Source of the DNA: Tubiluchus corallicola | Lineage: Eukaryota; Animalia; Priapulida | Assembly: GCA_030141605.1 (NCBI GenBank) | Contig: JAQGDQ010000381.1 | Span: 100,692-164,691, forward strand | Direction: 5' to 3' | DNA length: 64,000 nucleotides | In this document: one piece after another, positions 58,001 to 64,000 of the stretch | How the letters are laid out: the number at the start of each line of letters is the position of its first letter | Numbering within the stretch: the stretch's first letter is position 1 | Program-made: the position numbers and the translations under genes | The notes under the pieces: model-generated | What the model was told of the DNA's origin: nothing | Seen by the model: only the letters and a program-made list of their open reading frames with translations | Database searches by the model: none

Positions 58001-61000
58001 AAATGACTTAGGTGAAAGAATTATTACTACACAAATATAATTTTGTGTTCGTGCCACTAGTTCTTAGCTGTTACATGCACTTCGCCATTCGCTAGTTAGA
58101 CGGGCACTAGAGCCTGCCTTTTGAAAAGGAGTTATACAAAAAACAAGTGCTGTACCTCTCAGTTCAGATGTGTGTTAGTTTGACAGCTCAGCTCACGGTG
58201 GTAAATTTGTAATTTGAATTTTTCTCTTAAAACTTGCCTAGTTTTAGCACAACACACTGAATATCTTACCATAGCACTGTACTTCAATTTTCTCTTTTAC
58301 AAACACGTGCAACACGCTCGTGGAATATTTTTGCAGTCGAAAATTATATTAGTTTGTGATGTCATCAATAGTTGGGCTCGCCCGCCAATTAATTAAGTTT
58401 TAAATCTATTACTTAATTATCAGAAGCGCTTTTGCAGCATTAATTGTGCTAAAAAGTTTATTTTTTATCGGGCTTGAAAATGGGAAGGTATATGAAAAAC
58501 CATCCTGTCTTTTTTTTAATGAATTTGTACTGAAGTAATTGTACTAAATAAAAGGTAATAGTATTTCTTGATTATTTCAGTTAGTAAGGAAAACGCCGCG
58601 ACAAATTCTACAGTTAGATCCTTCTGTAATTCCCGTAAGTTCTCTTCTTATAGCAACATTATAAAATTCTAATTAAACAAAAATTCATTGATAATTTATT
58701 TAAAGAAATTGGGGTAGTAATTATGCAACAAACAAATTACTATGCCAACATATTGCCAGTAATTGTTTAGTTAATTTTTGATATTTTCTGTGGATAAATG
58801 CTATAATTCACAACTTGATGTGTGAAAACACTATATGCTTGGCTCCAGCACTTATTCAAACGTATTACATACAACCCGAACACTTCAGGATTGGAAAATT
58901 TGTTCGAGTTATATGGGTACAAGTTAGACAATGTTTGAAAGAAAGAAGATTGAGTCACTCATCAGCGTTGGACAATAATCTACAGGCTGTGAAAATAACA
59001 AACTCAACCTTTAATCAAATATCAAACTACGGTTTTTATGAATAATAAAAAATAAAATGACTGGTCCACCTCAATTGTAGTCTGAATAGTATGGTTAATA
59101 GAATTCAGTAATAATATTGTTGTGATTTAGTTATTAAACTATGTTCGTTAAGCCATGTGTACAGTGTTCTGCTAAGGTAATACAAGAAATCTTCGCATAT
59201 TTGCTGAAGCTAGCAGTTAAAATCGTAATGTGGTGCACTTGCGTGGGATTTCTTGCTCGGGAGGCTGTTCGAGATAGGCGTGGTAATTTCAGTCAAATTC
59301 TTGAGAATTGTACCGGTAATTATGTTTGAGTTACGTGATAATTCGAGTTATGGAACGTTTTGCAAAGAAAAAAATGAAAGGGAAAATCCGTTCCACAAGA
59401 TTTGTTCAAGATACTCAAGAATTCGAGTTACACCGGGTCGAGTTATGCATAGTTTATGTTCAAGCTACTCAAGAATTCGAGTTACACCGGGTCGAGTCGT
59501 GCATAGTTTACTGTAGTACTGTAGTCAATAAGCTTTGTGTTAGTCGAAACCTGGCATGAATTAATTTAGCTACAGCGAGGGTTTTTATTTGTGTGTTTGT
59601 GCGCTTAGTGACCAAAGTTGAGCAACCCTGAGGGTAGTCACAAAATGGATGGGTGAAACCCAGGTTCGATTTTCACTTCCGAGGGTTTTTTACCTTTGTG
59701 TTTGTTATGTATACACAATAGATGAAGATTTCTCTGTTGGTCGAGAAGGTGCCTCAAGCATTGTGGCCTCATTTGTGTTAATGCATTAATAAAATCTGGA
59801 TGATTCCCGGCTTTTTGATTAAATAAGTTTGAAAAATAAATTGCCGTTCCCGACACCACTGTGATTTAAACCACAACGATAACTTCGCTTATAACAGACT
59901 ATGATAAAATGTGTGTTTAGATGGCTGACCTGAGCGGTCTTCAAGTGTCCATCGTTGAACAACAGTCCGAGATGCCGACGGTCAGCAAGTGTGGCATTCC
60001 GACTGTGTTAGCTGATCCGGACTTTAGACACGGGTATGTTTAATACTCACTTGTAGCATCTACCAACTGGACAAGTCTGAAGCAGGCTGTTTTTTCTTAA
60101 GCCAAACTAAACCCTCAATATAATATAAGCTTTTATAACTTAAAATCCAACTCTCATTATGCATGTTCAATTTATTTGATTATAAACTTACTGTAAAACT
60201 TGTTTCTTTTGGTTTTTTATCACTTCCTTGTTGGCTGTATTAAATATGAAGCATGCTGACAGACAGATGTGGCTCCACCTGGCAGTTAAACAGATCACAT
60301 AGTGGAGATACGTTGAAAAACAAGATTAAAAAACCAGCAACTCATTAATAAATGCTGATGCAATAATTATAGAGAAAAAATCATCAAACTCTTTACAGAT
60401 ATCCACGTTTTTTAGTTCTGTTTTCTGTCTATCTTGTCATGGCAATTACCCAGTAAGTAAAAAACTATTAGGCCTAAACAGGCGCTAGGTAGTAGTGTTA
60501 AATGCTATTGAAATATTTTTGCTAGAAAAAGTAATTATGACAAAGTTGAATTTACCAACTATGAAATGATAAATTGATGACTGACTGCTAAATCTTTTCA
60601 CAGATATTTGCAAAAATAAAAAGATAATATAAATATTTTTAAGAACAACAAATGTGTAACATCAGGTTGTAATTGCTCATGGAAAGAAGCAGTTACCTAA
60701 ACCATAACAATGGGCAATTTATTTAACATGGCCTCACTTTTGGCACTTATGAGTTGCAAGGCAATTTTAAATCTCCTTTATCTAACTATATGCTACACAA
60801 AGTAGATATAAATGCTTATGAGCATAGATGATGTAAATGCTGTAACATGCTGATGAACATGCCTGCAAATGCTGTAAAAGTAACAGACTAAAGGTGATGA
60901 ACGTAGATGATAAGGTATGTAAATGCTGATGAACATAGATGGTGTAAATGCTGTAACATGCTGATGAACATGCCTGCAAATGCTGTAAAAGTAACATACT

Positions 61001-63846
61001 AAAGGTACATGAGAAAAAAGTAGGCATGCAAAGACACGAATAAAATTTGTCATTATTGCAAAGTTAGTAAATTATCGGTATCTTTACATTATTTGATGGT
61101 ATTTAAATTTTCTTATCTTATCGTATCGATTTTTCTCAGTTTGTTCTTAGATACTGGAATAATGCATAAAACCATAGAAACAATATTGTCACCTGAGAGC
61201 AAGGTCACGGAGGGATGTATCAAACCGGAGTTTATGCGACTAGCGCCACCAATTCATGCTAGTGAAGATGAGGTAACGTGACCTTACTGAAATCACACTC
61301 GTTGCAACCGTCGTATTCTAAACATACTGTAAGTCGCGCTTTCCATGTGCGTGTTTATGCTGACGCATTTCAGCATATGGGATAATATGTTTCCATGTGT
61401 GTGAATCGCAGAATTAGAACGCTTGGTATCAAATACGCTTTCTGGTCAGGAATTTCTTCTGAAGTGCAGGTCCCATGAAACTGAGTACATACTCCAGCTA
61501 TTCTGTTGACACGTGGGAATATTCCTGGTATTTCCGAGTCACCAGAAGATAGTGTGCTTTCTGGTCAGGAATTTCTTCTGAAGTGCAGGTCCCATGAAAC
61601 TAAGTACATCTCCAGCTATTCTGCTGACACACGGGAATATTCCTGGTTTTTTCTGAGTCACCAGAAGATAGTGTGCTTCAATCTCTTGTCATTTCTTGAG
61701 TATGTCATGGACCCAGAACTAGTGGCTCCTGCATTCATTAATGAGTGATAGTAATATTAATTGCGACAAACGATTCTTCTGTCTTCGTTAGAAAAGTAAC
61801 ATCAACATTTCCAAAATGTTGCTGGCCATGATTATTGTGACGGGAACACAAAAGAATTTCCTTCATAGCATATGGTGTTCTCAGAAATCTTTATTTCTGT
61901 ATATATAAAAAAATGAAAATAATAAATTTGACTGCTTTTCACTGCTTACAAATGTATAATAGTCTAATTATTATAATTTAAGATAATAAAGTAAACATTA
62001 CTCACATCGTGTGGCTATAACAACTTAATAGAACCTTGAAACGTCATACTGGTTTACAGCAAATCAGGTAAAGACGCTATACTTGAACATTTATCAAACA
62101 TTAATGTTTGCTGAGGCTTCTGTGAGCGTGTTTAGCGAGGCACAACCTAATTTCCAACTTCACAGGTAAAATTACAGGTAAGTTCACATAGGTGCTGCCA
62201 CCTACATGTTAAGGCCAGAAACTGACCTTAACAATTATGGTAATTGCACTGTCTGAGCGTATGGGAGTGTCCTTTGCCAAACTCACTAGCAGAAAAGTCG
62301 GTCTTCGAGGACTTCTCTCCCTGTGAGAAAATACCAGAATGCGGAAATGCCCACATTGAAACAGTAGCACATGGCTACAGTGAACTGACCTTTTCACGCG
62401 CTGCAACACACGTGGAAAGCGCATCGAATGTAGATAATTGTGTAAAATGCAGGTGTAAGATTTTGATTATTTTTTGTAAGTTGTTTAGCATTGTTGTTTG
62501 CTTTCATTGTATTTGCTGGTAGACTATATTATATAAACGATGTAACAAACAAATCTGCATAAAAATGACGTTGATTTAGAATGATTTATGGTTCTATGTA
62601 CACTAAAAACAGAACTCCATGTATGCGTAACACGAAATGCGCGAATCGTGATGTGTAGTGCATGTACAACAGTTTGTATTTAAATATGTGGATGTGTTTC
62701 CATGTGAATGTAATGTGCACTCTGTAATGCGTGAACCATATTCATTCGGATGTGATCGTTATCACCATATTCATTCGGACGTGATCGTTATTGCGTCACA
62801 TAGCAATACGAAGACCAGAAAATGCCATTGCTTAGGTGATTTAGCGAATTTTCAAGTTTCCGGTGACCATTTTTCCTGCTTGGCTTCTTAGTCAGGTGAA
62901 TTTTGATCACTTCAGGACCTGCAGAAAGTAATATTTCTTCCAGTTGAGTTTTCGAGAGACGGAAAAAGCATCTAATGACCTTGTTGTGCATCTAATTGCA
63001 GTTCTCCCACTAATTAGCGATAAATGATGTATTCTTCTTTCCCCTGTGCAAAAAGTTATGCACCAAAAACTTTGCTTTTTGGAATTTTACATCTAATAGT
63101 AAAATTTGTAAGCTAATGCCACTACTGTGATTATTTCTTTATCACTGTTCGGAAGATTTTTCTCTGCTTGCCCTTTAATCTAACGTTGTACTTACTTAGA
63201 ATTGCCTATTTAAAACTTGGCTTCGTTATATGCGTTTAGTAGGTCAGCCAATCAGAATTGAGCACGTTTTTTAGTCTACTCATTGGAAGCGAAGAAATCG
63301 CCACGTCTTTTACTTTTTCTGTAATATTGAATTGAAAATAAAAGTTTTTGGGATTACTTCAAAACAATAAGTATTGCATTGAAATTTTGACAGAGACATG
63401 GCTTCCAGAAATTATTATTACTTCCAATTTTTACTAACAACAACCAAAAATGGCTGTAAGAGTAAGTGGATAGCTTTCACACTCACACATGGAAAAAGTC
63501 AAAATGCATTACGGAACATGAATCGGATATTACGCGCGAATTAATTCCTACCTTAATGCTAAACGAAAAATTTAAATGCATTCTTTCGTACAATAACTAA
63601 GTTCAGTGTGGGTTGCTAACGCATTTTCTTACTTTAAAGATGGTGTGGATGAATCCTATAGAAAGTGATCACCAGGTGGCATGGGACTCCACGATGTGCA
63701 TGACTAACTCGGCCGGTGTAGAAGCCAAGCGAATGATGGCTAAAGCATTTAAAGGGGCTCTCGTGCTGCAGCATCAGCAACAACTTCTCGCTGAATTAGA
63801 GAAAGATCCCAAGCTTGTTTATCACATAGGTTTAACACCTGCCAAG
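54995..63846 (+). CDS. CNOT11: CCR4-NOT transcription complex subunit 11, exons 1-8; gene continues beyond the window
   Basis: join(54995-55032,55726-55831,56265-56399,57699-57824,58581-58634,59921-60033,61140-61272,63640-63846). [55 protein letters not shown] and [21 protein letters not shown] match remembered CNOT11. Confidence 0.95.
55726..55831 (+). CDS. CNOT11: CNOT11 exon 2
   Basis: (S)[35 protein letters not shown]|GTAATT. Confidence 0.92.
56265..56399 (+). CDS. CNOT11: CNOT11 exon 3
   Basis: [45 protein letters not shown]|GTAAGC. Confidence 0.95.
56485..57617. mobile_element. pogo/Tigger-like MITE with an internal nested tandem array
   Basis: TAGTACATCCTCACTTAAC ... GTTAAACGAGGACTTACTG|TA; 20-21-bp AACGACGCACGTTTCACTT(T) units plus larger duplications at 56492-57031; part matches about 4150-4370. 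Confidence 0.75.
57699..57824 (+). CDS. CNOT11: CNOT11 exon 4
   Basis: [42 protein letters not shown]|GTGGGT. Confidence 0.92.
58581..58634 (+). CDS. CNOT11: CNOT11 exon 5
   Basis: [18 protein letters not shown]|GTAAGT. Confidence 0.9.
59270..59513. mobile_element. pogo-like MITE end with a 57-bp duplication
   Basis: Repeated TTCGAGTTA motifs ending GTTTACTG|TA; resembles the inverse of about 23575-23770. Confidence 0.45.
59921..60033 (+). CDS. CNOT11: CNOT11 exon 6
   Basis: [39 protein letters not shown]|GTATGT. Confidence 0.92.
61140..61272 (+). CDS. CNOT11: CNOT11 exon 7
   Basis: (G)[44 protein letters not shown]|GTAACG. Confidence 0.9.
61437..61678. repeat. About 120-bp tandem duplication
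   Basis: GCTTTCTGGTCAGGAATTTCTTCTGAAGTGCAGGTCCCATGAAAC at about 61437 and 61556. Confidence 0.85.
62826..63616. mobile_element. Unclassified dispersed repeat, related to 47038-47530
   Basis: Colinear shared blocks; this copy has extra internal sequence. Confidence 0.6.
63640..63846 (+). CDS. CNOT11: CNOT11 exon 8
   Basis: AAG|[20 protein letters not shown]...[20 protein letters not shown]|GTAAGC. Confidence 0.93.
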
Positions 63847-64000
63847 GTAAGCTGTGAGTCCTTATGTAAACGCTCTTCTGATAAATTTAACTTTTATTTT
63901 TCTTCTACATGAGGCAATTCATATCCGAGTGGTCACATGCTCGCCTAAGTTCCATACTCGCACTGGAATTTTTTTGCCATGCTGATTCTGACAGGTCACC

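Noticed and set aside
59600-59680. tRNA-like sequence with GGTTCGATT
   Set aside because: No cloverleaf could be built; at most a decayed SINE head.

Overview
AT-rich, intron-rich animal genomic DNA, probably a lophotrochozoan invertebrate (inferred from gene and TE style only). Four conserved genes were reconstructed by hand from GT-AG exons: (1) first coding exon of TBC1D32/broad-minded on the minus strand (1343-1494, absent from the ORF track); (2) a complete 15-exon KIAA2026/BRD10-like gene on plus (9697-40076, about 1825 aa; bromodomain, DDT-like and WHIM motifs, long low-complexity tail); (3) a complete 7-exon RIC3 on minus (53712-44494, about 508 aa); (4) the first 8 coding exons of CNOT11 on plus (54995 onward), head-to-head with RIC3. 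Introns hold many MITEs (hAT, pogo/Tc1, piggyBac-like, PIF/Harbinger-like, Kolobok-like), Helitron/Helentron-like elements, LINE relics and more than a dozen unrelated tandem arrays. Most long ORFs in the track come from these arrays. The most unusual signal is that several BRD10 arrays are built from sense-strand splice signals: about 94 copies of a 29-nt GT...AG unit starting at the exon 7 donor, about 80 copies of a strong 3' acceptor, about 7 AG|GTGAGT-type donors and a coding 33-nt CAG|GT repeat. Gene identities rest on remembered family motifs; no database search was run.
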